This document shows positions 26,701 through 33,698 of a DNA stretch of 64,000 nt, one piece after another; positions within the stretch are counted from its first letter, which is position 1; each line of letters starts with the position of its first letter. The stretch lies in contig CBFFRP010000416.1 of assembly GCA_965644295.1 (NCBI GenBank), positions 30,060-94,059 of the forward strand. Reading direction: 5' to 3'. Origin of the DNA: Paraphysomonas bandaiensis. Taxonomy: Eukaryota; Protista; Chrysophyceae. Both the position numbers and the translations under genes were made by a program. Under the pieces are notes generated by a model. It worked only from the letters and a program-made list of their open reading frames with translations. It was not told the origin of the DNA and searched no databases.

Positions 26701-28472
26701 GCCACAAGACCGGCCATAGATTCATGAGAAGCAAATGTGCCAATAATTCCACAGGATAGTGCCGCAGTCGTCTCCCCACAGGTTGAGAGCTCAGTACATA
26801 TAAACGATAGTGTCTTCGGCGAACAAATCCGTGCGCATGATTCATCTGGGCATAGGTTCAATATTGATTCTAGCGCATTCTCCACAACAGTGGGCCTATT
26901 CCTATGGTACATAAGGGCATCTACGACACCTTCACATACACCGTGTATCTGTAGACTAGAACACACCGCATTGTCCACCGCTAACTTTGCAACTACACTT
27001 AGACAAAGCTCCACAGTCGCGTACTCGGAGACATATTTTCGAAGGATTTCTCCTAGCACATCATGTAGTCCACTGTTTACCAATATTCTAACATTATCCG
27101 TGCAGATAGTGTTCACATCTCGGCCACATTTCATTAGCACAGATACTGCCCGCAGGCAAGTTTGCAAATATATCGCAGTTTCATCTTTCGAAAAGTCTGT
27201 ATCTTCTGCTGTGGCTATGACGCTTGCAAGATACGACACAAGCATTCGACATACTCCAGCTGCACCCAGCGCGACTTGTAAAGCAGTCTGATCAGGAACA
27301 GCATTACATATCCGCATACAGGCTGTATGAGTATTCACCCGTGGAGAATCCTTCCACCTTCCAAGCTCTGTGGTGATGGAGGCAACTTCAGTGGACTCTG
27401 GGGAACTCAGGCGGTGCTGCATTGCCGATACGGATGGAACAGGGCGAAGAAGAGAGGGGCCGGGATATAAGTCCCTGACTAGAGAGACCACTTTGTGTTG
27501 TTTTTCATAATATTTTGTCTTAGTCATAGATTCATCGATAGGATCCACAGCATGTCGAGGCACCAGAGCTTTCTGTGACACTGGTACAATTTTAGAAGAA
27601 AATAACCTCTTCGCCATTGACTGTTTTCTGTACGACTCACTACCACCGCTGAAAGCATTTAATGAATCAGACACGTTTGAATGTTCGGTTGTAGCAGTGA
27701 CAGTTTGAGCTAAAGCTGTTACAGGGGTGTTGCGTTTAATAACAGGGGACGAGGACTCCTTCACAGTCTCTGATACTGCGTCCGTAATCGCGGGGTGTTC
27801 TTTGCGAGAAGGAGATAGTGTCGCCTCTTCATCCTTCTTGGTTGAGGGTGGATTAGAGGGGTTTTGATAGCTACGAAATATACTGCTGGCGTCTGTGTGG
27901 GAAACAGCAGCAACAGCAGGTTGCGGGGGAAGCATTCTATCGGCCGCTCGTTCACGAGCAGCAGCAAGAAGCTGTTGTGCTGATGTCAACGACGGTTTAC
28001 CAATCTGTGAAGCGATAGGCTCCCTTAGAATGTTCTCAGAGGGAGAAGTACTTAAGCTTGTTGTCGTTTGCACACTCTCCTGGGTAGCCTCCTGGGAAAT
28101 ACTTTCGATCCTTTCCACTTCAATGGGCGGAACGTCACAATCTTTGCTACCAACATGATTGTCCGTGCTAATTACAGATTCACTTTTTTCTGTTGTGGTT
28201 CGAATCTCATCACTCTCCTGTAGTTCAGAAGGAATACCAACCAACGTCTGGTTACGGCGTGCACTTGCTCGGGCCCTAGCTAGTGACAGAATCGAAGACG
28301 CTCTGTCTGATCTGGATGATGATACATTTCTATCATTACTATCTGTGTTTGAGGTCTCAGTATGACTGCTATCTACATGTTTTTCACGCTCTTCTGCTCG
28401 TTTCTTCGCAACTGCACTTCTCGCTCTCTCTAGAAGAAGAGAGGAGCTATTCGATGTCCTCGTGCTGTCCAT
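8727..28472 (-). CDS. Giant intronless armadillo/ARM-repeat protein (6581 aa)
   Basis: Uninterrupted 19.7-kb ORF. ~370-aa S/T/E-rich low-complexity N-terminus, then continuous ~43-45-aa repeats of consensus (L/F)GxxGaCexvvxaLxxHxxxxxVxxxaCxAixxLxxxxxN. Confidence 0.93.
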   Translation of the reverse strand: MDSTRTSNSSSLLLERARSAVAKKRAEEREKHVDSSHTETSNTDSNDRNVSSSRSDRASSILSLARARASARRNQTLVGIPSELQESDEIRTTTEKSESVISTDNHVGSKDCDVPPIEVERIESISQEATQESVQTTTSLSTSPSENILREPIASQIGKPSLTSAQQLLAAARERAADRMLPPQPAVAAVSHTDASSIFRSYQNPSNPPSTKKDEEATLSPSRKEHPAITDAVSETVKESSSPVIKRNTPVTALAQTVTATTEHSNVSDSLNAFSGGSESYRKQSMAKRLFSSKIVPVSQKALVPRHAVDPIDESMTKTKYYEKQHKVVSLVRDLYPGPSLLRPVPSVSAMQHRLSSPESTEVASITTELGRWKDSPRVNTHTACMRICNAVPDQTALQVALGAAGVCRMLVSYLASVIATAEDTDFSKDETAIYLQTCLRAVSVLMKCGRDVNTICTDNVRILVNSGLHDVLGEILRKYVSEYATVELCLSVVAKLAVDNAVCSSLQIHGVCEGVVDALMYHRNRPTVVENALESILNLCPDESCARICSPKTLSFICTELSTCGETTAALSCGIIGTFASHESMAGLVAESDACSTIVRLLKMYSSSSMVQEHAMYALGRLNLASCDDISSQYVRDSVRVAMETSRGKPCVLRAALSVIAIWSGFDDSICATLCETLDEFQDVVDRALTFLAMHELIECCQTASDILRERGACRKLPSVLEEVFSSKYDLSTQSAIVETICTSFCAFTVNCRENRELFIQMNIHEIIIAALLKYSKKPRYCSVLFRCVCNLCSTIDDDFHNEIVNKFLDIDIQRLLMAQISEMDTSDTARSDEICDAVCDALNVVSIFSRLDRYRDHFDQSRVRLLTGLLKNNSDIHAVRESACSCIATLVHDARIAIEFVALGTDMLLLSILESYYSDYNCIVHVCSALQNMLRHVSNDLSLIQSNFFSNLVRTLDSHSEHKEVLVHGVMVLNDLVQSNPSVLSQVRDSRFSQYVLNGIRAFNDQGDIVQWLCTGLRKLIDFYSLSDITEVCFALTQALALHSNEPAVCSDIIGTVGAVLSLHTEHGVCDSLGSVGICQLLVRNLRTSQTDPAYAALLCRTLASLCDRNIDNVMRCVEADGCAVLLTAMQLSYADSNSELCLSSSLAMCSMLSAGSRIQKAFGLLGACESVVLGTLSSWTTNDISVKTQLIWCIYYLSMPCPDLSEQSQNLPLLIKAGGAKAVCNCLKRFGDFENVVEAGCAAAKHLVLNDSGRSNLENEGLPLLILKFFTEFSNVRDVMVQCSGVLCRIMESASVMSAMLDGGTIKSNILSILKRFVDSDAICVSCFRMLISFFTAIDDSRRTINQSAFIDMDVCSTMVSALKQHSECTEVYQEACHAVFSLVQGNIDAAMIFGSHGVCEAVCNGLNVHFCDPVAVSNACLAISGLAYCKSNKIKIGRAGTCERILSLLAVHSNSADVARNACLAIQNLSSDCDENSGIFGGKGACEIVTSILEEHMTNSGVAAAVSGAIMSLTSTNRENSLRMGSENTCFSVLQTLSSANTNDDETVVLSSLAAIVSLSIGNVANQLEFGTHGTCEVLVDMLHKWSCSPVVVAAVLSAMVALCQHGRAHTLYVNVTTERFVEAGAGRVILAQLLNNLNNVEICCSGCNILYYLLSCSATLFASFNMTEMCTLLTTLISKHTRSAAAVEHACALAELVLLSSVETCTVYSSLDSIIPLVDAFRLHSGKALSEDACLNACKVLSTLLEFGGETVAAAVDNTEYSILLVNIMDEKKVNPEFSSTGCITISRLLEYNKGTTASKLRKLGICEVIISILRRHTTRVDIAYNACEAICAMATKSEADQSRYGQAGACHAICDAIATHTDNPNFCKMACRTICSLSANHVLNKSTFGVSGACELIIDMLRCHSESEIVVMSGCMAARNLAGGHEGNVTRLRESAGYDLFSAIFLHFFSNVDILENCCAVLCSLLIGDNAFKCSVTDSGVSDAAIAGLYKYSENDCVLSLLCLLVANMCTSVSDNCDKLMSRGVCEALQFLMTSKGPDINAVHIISTAVAGLCSSEECVNRLLALRIGEYIVNSASDRHDMGPEASLSWCNAVYGLSSNTKASSLLNECGTVHKILTLLAMHSQHEDVVLAALEAMISVSHLIAIQEDLAKQGVGACVVSVLEKHPTCASVLYRGLVLLESMCQNDPGCCSEIAEKSCGELLNHTLRNFIEHQDVVMACLRVIRIVSDANSDAQALLSNVGICDSVSMVLTFYVSNMDVYVAAFRTVGALVTKNQINAEKFIEDGFVDRIVKLCEVNSDDTAHVICEVVTSLTESSSQCVSLLSTSCVPRFVVDTLKKHTEDMTALLYSSGVCAAACYAVASLCRYSVNESFFRTHSAREILVQCMNMYISNSVVATAACAAIESVTRSNLSNVQFFAQCGVCSALMVISETHGSCVKTTINMFKCVTSLFEMDSSSVLPLFVEDCRFENTFSTAIENFSDKPIVLSAVSGSIAAVSASGYKFSESSKLYTLLASRMVAYVESSHVYQRLCVAVSSLCSSSIVASERMGSHGICDILTNALLSYRNHDILICSISSTIKSMMTCPANGSRFGEECCLNLMEIIRATDCVVDVVTAVCTALSALCRENESNAGYVVENSGCTVLLNLLSLHQDSRDVVIAICHAFNSIRFAISSHSTMDTMKLKTLLGALKEKYNADGEVLASILWLLTLSTDDSKAGDTDQQVTGHVVKTLIDSLRTHMNDKGVVIQACHGVSSLVREVASIAETFCSMGLCSILCEAVSFHMSSADAIAALFDSIEALCTGYAGNLMELESGDFVEQLLQAFSLHDKDFSATISLCLMVKALSHSRLLSSIIIDAGMCELLVRLLSSYVTMRSDVCDSVCQALYGLARVQGSTVDRTIVLRLVSLGAVKIVFSVFKQYHSIRETVFSSLTLLSIFAYEIEGKVELSSCESTIAIIECIRKYATDVDICIDGLFVLRKLVQFGDVTNIEKLSSNDHCSTCIDTLNKHLDALDVAASGFAVVMALAYHSERNLSCLGSCGAVDTVLKGLTVYSLANSFVIECCVGIIAVFFTHGNYSSHLQSAEVYDVIIANGKMFGSSIGLAEQVLNAVIASIETDALQSEVWGACGISDLIVFIIHNHFKSPAVSVLACKAICLLVNSSHGNTILLSDADAPKAVSTVLQWNLGSDNTVCTHAVTAIRDMSKSNIDSSSAFALSGVCEMLVTYLNIVEGDVKRCEIAIECVWFLCIDNDMSKEKFAATTVMSTIVSAIDVWADQPSVVRVCCGAIWHLASNCPACRQKLRSLHAVERVERALKVFHSREDISKLGCGALWSLSLPEGSDGDAKIPLSSCRTLVDTVKGHLSDPDILQVSFRTIANMCQQHKSSSTALGAVGACETVCSALHEQMKNPHVVEAACNAISGLSSEIDNTKRFFSIGANQSICTAITTHLLHKSVIVEAFCTLCALLNDSLEIALELFECGLCDVVIHTLDAYPHDKDIHGAVFKLVGSVIEIVPSSASRFGVTGACEIVTSTLRSYVMENEGESSVHALYFMHSLCMDPDNMTKIAISGAFASMVEAANKFGCLEDVMISFSKMVQALTSENVPQRSQYQDTLGREGVCRALVGAIRVHLSKAFVVCEILRALISLCVGNTSNMSFFSECEGQEHIYMVLERYSDDESNLDVSKSACSLIVVMVGLQSTSEVLGKLGVCDLVVNVLRVASSALDIDATETVAYAIASLIRSNSGNQIAFGRNGATCELVVSILSGWARMSESTEEAALWVISLLCKHSRDYETVCFENVEQMRLAGAYAAVTSTLRNCSSCVDSARAGIHAMYGISCDSNTEHVSHLGAVGACETVVSVFENHINDQDIIEAASNVVANLCIAESNLELLRELQIVSFIGKATSLYADCPTAVASVCCAIKNIANDDSFRTLMCQLGICDFVASSLKIYACSEKRVLRSILEAVKALTQCTDSCSAVLEESGIDVTMLEAILPMWMEQCDADMTQLVCEVVRQLSDHSSENCFRVYRANACESMTAVIKLFPCHAAIVSQACAVVRLLALNCDDSIEIFSSLGMQDLLVDALQHFENDAEAAQDISKALQVIITDKATRADIGLRSASEAVVKALRRGMDNPSATEQNCVAVVKLLVKNRENTRILIDLGVCELCATLLRKHIGAEAAIVQILSAIETICEDEKTIPLMGDAGVCTAVASVFRRHSNSVNGSTVVHCSLRVIDTLAVDSENCVAFGLAGCCEIVSAVLSTAINDDDEKTAMSCARAIFMLCRSTASNAEAFGVAGVCVHVSSALNGMFKGSSTLEYLLLALAFLCRQDGESEPNSYNLNAFYNLKTDKFLMKALSIMKKDPRVTKAACIALDKIAGDAESGLRLTELGACQLLPSLLESYATMESDVAVSIVGAMERLAISGRNVMVLVDNGTVPALIELFKVTKSDYKSVARCCTLIKLLIIHDEELVDVFVKGGICELVVNTLQDHEDLPVDVVVSGSAVISRVAVLRTTIARLGQSNIAIVLLNLFKRFESNERTVSAISSAVSALVIDATVSAQFVKSGWPDMLVSSLRRHMKISSIVQNATSIISCMLNSTAQAPSVINMFRDAGLCEVILGIARKYSENPDIAAKFGMIISVLSLDDSLSVILGTGGACETIVNSLNIFSNDVRVAHCCCKATRNLSCNIDNRSLLVSLGAIEHVLSMLRRFVHTEKVTAEACGALVNLFNNASTDHTHERSRILGASGEIVKALVVQVDSAVVVEQVCRLLCALAMDESSREVLGVHDVCRSLSIALEKHFEAENIAEGIMGAVSRIAYKSSDNKSLFSKTNVAKYVISAYEAHCNSIGIAENCCRAITALSTNDDVNSDAFGENGACEMITGIISHHNSNAALCGYACQTAVVLMKRSSNITQLIQCGMSKCATSALKQHLSQSSVRHMCAAVALLGKVDTEASILCETGVSALLARVLVAHSSDRAIVQAASLAVTSLADNSERCSIELGSEGVCDALVSALRSHLKGAAICTHIMTAMVALAAQSSNGIRLGNPSVFDLVVTGLRVHINDYAAILVCCSLLSRIIHTESSKSAAGASGVCEGLAIAFEQYEDDRGFVTVASEAVAGFALNCPVNADRCAKTKLCLMIFRALESHMNHSEVAAALFLAVKALAITVLNRRFFGGGDGCELIKIVMLKNADSELACINSCEAVSAIAFDSQENKEMYGKIGMCDAIVKVLRNYKENVDIVVAATSALSVLCTDSVSNTEKVSREGALEVLVACFRFHCHNPDVSMSISKLLICLLRHKKGSISSLRVLDVRELVVASIDEFCNRPMTVMFCLRLLRDMYACEEEGNSLDPLNNECLYLTAVLKANISNMVINEDACSVIFLLSRKRMSRSATVFGDCGACELISNVMSLSLEHRNVSLAKMAMLAMVSLCTGNSSNQEKFGDNNSCGIVVSVLQRMGGDSASSSPEMEGAALNAIAMLARHSKSISSENAENIQKLMVEGACEIVVSCLERRLNNMPLVYSACRAIFCLAGNETCSHRFIRCGACDVIVRVLRQFEEYSEIAQYACGAVANLAFVSEGAVALHRTGVCEPLVNVVVINRKDPHLVEYGCKAIKNLSVDSVDISAALGAGGVCKTLMTVLKIHFGSSALLPSILMAIANIVIGIPLHAESVLNANIDQKILKVIDDFLPNENICGCAVAVLANLCDHEFTKHQMRECGVPAAITKVLCSHTASQPMVIRCCIALVRVLEDTGECSQPFEYKDAELCNCIVRALQIHAGSDVTTDAVCKCLVRLGAYSPYNRDKLMTAGAGEKALHILSKNVRDPTVAAQICRVVHFLAFDAPSKSLLRQSGACERILMILQTHIQSEDMVHLVGIALLALAHDCAENRKVLLEKNVCEDMILAIRSHCTVLHVGKVLCDAISCVVDGDVSHLKEHAVHSFSVAVSTFFQRFWENKDCCHSACHVVSLLSNIPECQVTFEKCGICDQLILAIQEHSLCAETVSLCCDTCIALSRNREVIPELGSLTACQVITNFLRAHATDAAVVLSGFQLVRILCTNATIRARLGDVGICECVVRACRKHQTFDTVIEAGFAVMRALATNVQSNKVMLGESGACAFIVETLKFGICSPQQIEVACAAIASLANCGTECNNVSALDQAGIVTVLVEIFQSHIGSSSIMKQVCTIVSHLAMSPQGPNKKLGELEICDKTVMALATHMGVNGVNSVICSCVRALAQNGENKILMGSSGCCNIVTKLLGFSIENDDFNLVEESLLTIASLVHGSCSNQEAFGLAGACELVSELVGDQNDIAVNEKSLWCVAYLCRSGLEPITTSERNINTFHSSGVVESILDLMRKYKDNENLIVPACWSLRSMCFVQAIAKAVLASRGLDTLCAVLRTYMHESRVIEAVCFASAAVLAADHGMSLGSSGICELVVRAMQRHMSMPTVVDRCCSCIANLCSQGSEYRHRFGNEGACAIVARAMRLHLRLKRVAEESCGAVWNLSIENPDNRIKFGCEGVCETIVDIVKIHENDVYVKNAAMGALKALSVDCEENARRINACRGVDRQLVDSSSTDFGVSLRE

Positions 28473-30098
28473 GAAAGACCTTGCCTTCTCAAAAACCTAA
28501 TGCATACTTACAGCTCTATGTCCTAATAGCACTAACCAGATAGGCTGACCTCAACTTATATGAAGGTTAAGTCGATATATATATATATGTATATATTGAT
28601 ACGGTATTTAATATGCATGCAACCCTTCACACTTCACACTTCACAGCAGCCAGAAAGCTTTTCACTATTAAAATTTCATACCCTAATCGATAATCGATCA
28701 AAAAATACCTCAAATTTTTCATTGTCAGGATTTTCGCAATAAAATCACCATTCAAACCTATAAAATCGAGAAATCGAAAAGTGAAAAGTGACCATTGTCC
28801 AGCATGCCATGCTACTGTATATCTAGTAGATATCCGGCACATGTACAGTACCGAGTACCACACAAAATGTGTCCTTATAATAGCGTGGAAGTGTGGACTA
28901 GATTGACGTTTATGCGAGATACTCTTGCTAATTATATACGACACTATCACTCAGTGAAACCAATCCTAACATTACGGTTAACTGAGTTAAACAATCTAAT
29001 GAGTTGGATAATGGTTGGCTAAACACCAAATGGAAAGAAATAGATGGTGAGATATGGTACTGGAGATGATATACTATCATCATTACATATTTCTGCACAC
29101 GAAAAGGCATATTGAGTGAAGTGATGAATATAAGACAGTGTATGGGATGAATTGTATGGAAATGAGTCAATGGCCTTCCTACAACTCCACGATGATGACG
29201 AGAAACTGAAAATGGCATCATATACCGTGATATAACATCGAATTATAAATGCAATATATCTGCAGCACACTGGTAGCAATTTATGGTGTTTTATTATGTA
29301 AATTGTGCGGTAGTGCTTTTGTATCTTTCTGTGGTCCTGTTTTTGCAAAATGAACAGTTCATCATCGTCGAGAAGATTCCCAAGTAGAATAGTTGTATGA
29401 TCAGTGAAACTATACTCGTATTAATATATACTGGTTGCGTGATAATAACACGATATCGTTACGAGATCATATCCCCATTAAAATATTATATTCTAATGAT
29501 ACACCTGTTATTTTTAAACGTTGCTAGCTGGTGTGTGATATTTTCAGAAATGATAGATATCTCGTGGTGTAGTTTTTGTTAGCTCTCGATATGTGGGTGC
29601 ACAGTGCACGAAAGCGTATCTCCAGTTGAGTATAATTCACATGATATTCATGTGAAATTCCGTTTAAATGCAGTGCTTATATTGGTATCTTACAGTAAGC
29701 ATGTCAGCTTTTCTGAAACGTTTAGCTTGGCAGCTCGAATCTGCACGACATATTCCCAGTGATTTCATCTACCGTAACCACCGCATTGATACATCATATT
29801 ATGAAGCTTATAATATCTCTTCATCGCCACTACACTAACAGCTACAGTAGTATGAAAACATTTTTCAGAGCATTATGAGAAATAAATATTTTTTAAATTT
29901 AAGCACACCATTACAAATCATTAGCTATGATTGCATATAAGTTCGTGCGGGATTCTTCTATGAAAATATTGTAACATAATATTGAAATATTGCGAACAAA
30001 CGATTGCAGATGTGACCATGTTATCTAATAGAGCAATATAAAATACAAGACCGGGTTACCACACTATAGTACACATTTTCATCATGTCGATGGTCGAT

Positions 30099-30799
30099 TT
30101 AACACCGCGCAAGAAATCTCGTATTCCCAACAATACTAGCCAACGCGATATTTATCACACCACTTGTAACCACACTGTAAAAAGACTGGGACCGTTTAAC
30201 ACTGTTTACCCTAAAGGATACAAAGCAACTCACTGGGACTCCTATATATTAAAACCCAGTTAACTGGTGAAACCATATATTAAAGACAACCTTTAGTGGT
30301 GTATAAATTCAAAAAATGCTCACAAGGCATTCCGGTGTCGAGAGACATATAAATCTTCTTCATCGTCTCGTCACATGTGCCTGGACCTGAGATATTTTTT
30401 ATTGTCATGTTTACGAAGCTGTCAATTCCAAATAAAGATTTGGCAGTCTCATTTCCTGCTGTAATCATCAGACATCCATGACCGAAGTCATTAGTTTGAT
30501 ATACAAACATCACACGAGCTCTCTGATTTAATTTTTCAAACTTAAGGAGAGCGGTTGCCATATCATCGCTGATAGTTGAAGGATCTAGGGTACTTCCTCT
30601 CGACATCCTTTCAGTATAATATAATTTCTTCAAACGTGGAGGATGACTGCTTTAAATATTTTATGATTAACGTTAAAGGGACTGATCCTCACATACGATT
30701 TATTGCTACAGTGAGAGTCGTAACATCAGTTGAAGTCTCAGCCCATGGTCTGCCTAAAATACTAAAGGTTGGATGGATACATGAATAATTGGTTTTCAT
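30099..30799 (-). CDS. Small spliced PAS/LOV-like domain protein (5' exons uncertain)
   Basis: ITAGNETAKSLFG...ISGPGTCDETMKKIYMSLDTG..HFLNLYTTKG|VPVSCFV resembles the PAS_9/LOV pattern; GT-AG intron ~30242-30290 restores frame. Confidence 0.5.
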
Positions 30800-30862
30800 T
30801 TATATATTCAATATTTTAGCAATGTCTTCACCAACAAATGTCAGTTCAATCCTGGCAAATAA

Positions 30863-30935
30863 GGGCGACTAGCTCAATTGGTAGAGCGCACGCTTAGCAT
30901 GCGTGAGGTAGTGGGATCGAAGCCCACGTTGTCCA
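30863..30935 (+). tRNA. tRNA-Ala(AGC)
   Basis: GGGCGAC/GTTGTCC acceptor with G3:U70, loop TTAGCAT, ATCG T-loop typical of eukaryotic tRNA-Ala, T-run terminator. Confidence 0.95.
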
Positions 30936-31920
30936 TTCCTTTTTTGTATTTTCTACTATATAAATACTGTACGAATACCTGGAATACGCTCTCAACTGCC
31001 AACAGGCAGAAATACAGTCGTGCTTTTGTTTTGCATTGTTGCTGAAAATCTTAAATCTTTGCATTCCACTACTCTCGTCTCTCTATTAACCAATAGTAGA
31101 GCGCATTTGGATTACTCGGACATCTGGAAGCACTATACCGGTCAGTTATGCATTGAGTCGTTGCAGAATCAGGATCATCGTATTTTTATACATGAAGATG
31201 GGCTTCGAGGGATATCATTTAGATTGTAGGTCAACTAGATCCTCAGCTGGAGGTTTCAGTTTATCCTCAGATGGTAGCGCATATAAAGTATAGGACATCC
31301 TTTTTTCGACAGAGAGCAAATATACCAGCAACGGAAGTAATATTTTTCTGTGTTCATAAAGAGTTTAGTTTCACTAATGTAGAACGGGTACTTATTATTC
31401 ATATTATAATGACTTTAGAAAAGTATTTGGGGGGATATTATTAGGGAAATCGGGATGTGTAAGGTGTTTAAATGACAGTCTATGATCTTCTTAGCAACCT
31501 TTAGACCAAGTTAAAACCCATGTATTACAAGGTTAGATTGATATGATTGTAACTGGGCACATATCCACATATAAGGATAAATAAATAATAGAATATAGAA
31601 GTTATATGCTGATGTTGATAAAAGATACAACGGTGGTCCCAGCTTAAACTGCAAGTTAAGTGTCTATAAGTCGAAATATAAATATTCGTCGACAAAGAGC
31701 CAAAATACTCACGGTATTACCAGTGTTATCTTATGATTATTACTCTTTTCTGAAAGAAGAGATACAAAAGTACGAACTGGAAATCAGTATTTACAAAATT
31801 CACGGAAGAGCTTCCATCGTTTCGGAAGACTGGCAACTTAGCATATCCAAATATATAAGCCAAACCTATATAGTGTGGGAGCCACCCACCACTGAATTAC
31901 CACAATAATTTCTTTTAAAG

Positions 31921-33140
31921 CTATTCCGTCGACTGGGTGTGAATCTTCTGATGCTTACCGATGTTGAAATCACTCAACTTGGTATAATTCGGTACAAAGG
32001 CAATACCACACATGTTCATAAAGGCCTCGACAACAAACACCGCCTGATAGCGTAACAACGGTTAAAAAATTACGCATACAGCTGAAATGGAACATATATA
32101 AATTGATATAAACACTCAGATCCCTGCTATACAACTGGTAATCCAAGTAGAACACTGCCACTTGCATATAATGTAGACACGACATTAAGTAGCCATTTTC
32201 GTGAGCGTATACGGATAATGAACGCAATATATTTCTACACAAGATATCGCATAATATACAATACACAGCGAGATGCATAGTAAATGCTATTCTACCTGAG
32301 GGTTGCGAACATCTACCCGGGTGCAGCTCTTTGGCATACGGGCTGTGACCTCATCCTGAGTCTTGGATCGGGTGAGGGTGTTGTGGTTTCGTCGTTTGAA
32401 ATGAACGGCATATGTGATCATACTAGGTGTCAAAGGAACAGAAATAGGCCGCTTCGTTCCGACCTTTAGTTCCGATTCAGCGTCATCGGGAGCTGAGGCA
32501 GAGTTATCACCTTCCGTCGATGTTGTCAGCACGGTGTCATCTTCAGTCCTCGCTTTCTTATTGCTGTGGAGTTCAGATTCTTCTGTGTCGTTATCAACAG
32601 GTCTGACAGTAGTTGGAAAATTCTCATTGACAATCTCTTGGATATTGCTGCACAGCTCCTCTTCATTGGGGAAAAATACTTTTGATAACGGTACAATGCG
32701 ACATAAGTGTCGACAGCATGGTAGCTTAGTACGCTCCACCTGATCAAATATGGCCTCCACCATCCGGACAGGGCACACATCTTTACGCACAATCTTTACA
32801 AATACTAGTCCTTTCACACCCTGCAACCATAAGTGAACAATAATGGAATGCGACTGGGAACATTTACCGTGTTGAGTGACACAAAATTCTGTTTTGATGA
32901 ATTCTGACGAATTTCGGCGGCAAGTAATTCTTCTACAGACATACTCTTTCCACTACTTGAAGTATTATCGGACTCAGGATACACCTCGTCCAAGATTTGA
33001 TTCAATAGATTAAGTATCTCTTTGGTGGCTTCCTTTTCACGCGCTACGTCACATGTAGCCAGAATACTGCAGTGTCCTCTTGCCGATGCAACATCAGGAC
33101 CTTTTCCTCCTGAAGGTTTCCCATGCCAGCCTTTTCCCAT
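31921..33140 (-). CDS. THUMPD1: THUMP-domain protein (THUMPD1/Tan1-like), 3 exons
   Basis: ILATCDVAREKEATKE, GVKGLVFV, CRHLCRIVPL, TYAVHFKRRNH, VDVRNP|AVFVVEAF..CGIAFVPNY..LSDFNI. Confidence 0.85.
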
Positions 33141-33578
33141 GTTGTCAGCTCAGAAGAGGACAACTTGTACCACTTTGAAGGTTTCTCAGAGCATATACAC
33201 TGGAACCATACGTTCGTTCCTCTATCACAGTCAGTGTGCTGCTGCCCATACTGCAGGTGTCCCTGTAGTCCACCATATGTATTTTCTAAGTTCTTTATGT
33301 ATTCCGCTGTAGTCACGTACCTACTTGAATAATCCGTATTTCCTCAAGATATTCCAGGTATCCACTTCGTCATGTCATGTACTCGAAGGTGGGGATATGT
33401 ATGGGGGTATGGTGTATCAACCCCATCCTTTGTGATACAAAGTCTAGAAGTCAATTAATTTTCAGTATATGCGAAAGTTATCTGAGGATGAAGTGAGATT
33501 CTCGTAGTAGAAGTGTATATATATGGGTAGAACTTCATATATTCTTCACACTTCTATTATGAGAAGAGTTCCTCATAG

Positions 33579-33613
<35 letters not shown>

Positions 33614-33698
33614 TGAGACTGTTGTCGATACGATAATATACTGCTGCTCTTCATTATTAACTATCATCTTATCGACAACATACCACACAACAACTAAC

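Noticed and set aside
8886-28474. Many plus-strand and alternate-frame ORFs
   Set aside because: Shadows of the giant ARM CDS with no independent motifs
28500-28515. U1 snRNA 5' end (ATACTTAC)
   Set aside because: Not followed by CTG or U1 structure; it is the reverse complement of a GTAAGTAT splice-donor-like motif
31020-31908. Short ORFs 31020-31229 and 31660-31908
   Set aside because: Non-ATG starts, no recognisable motifs or splice context
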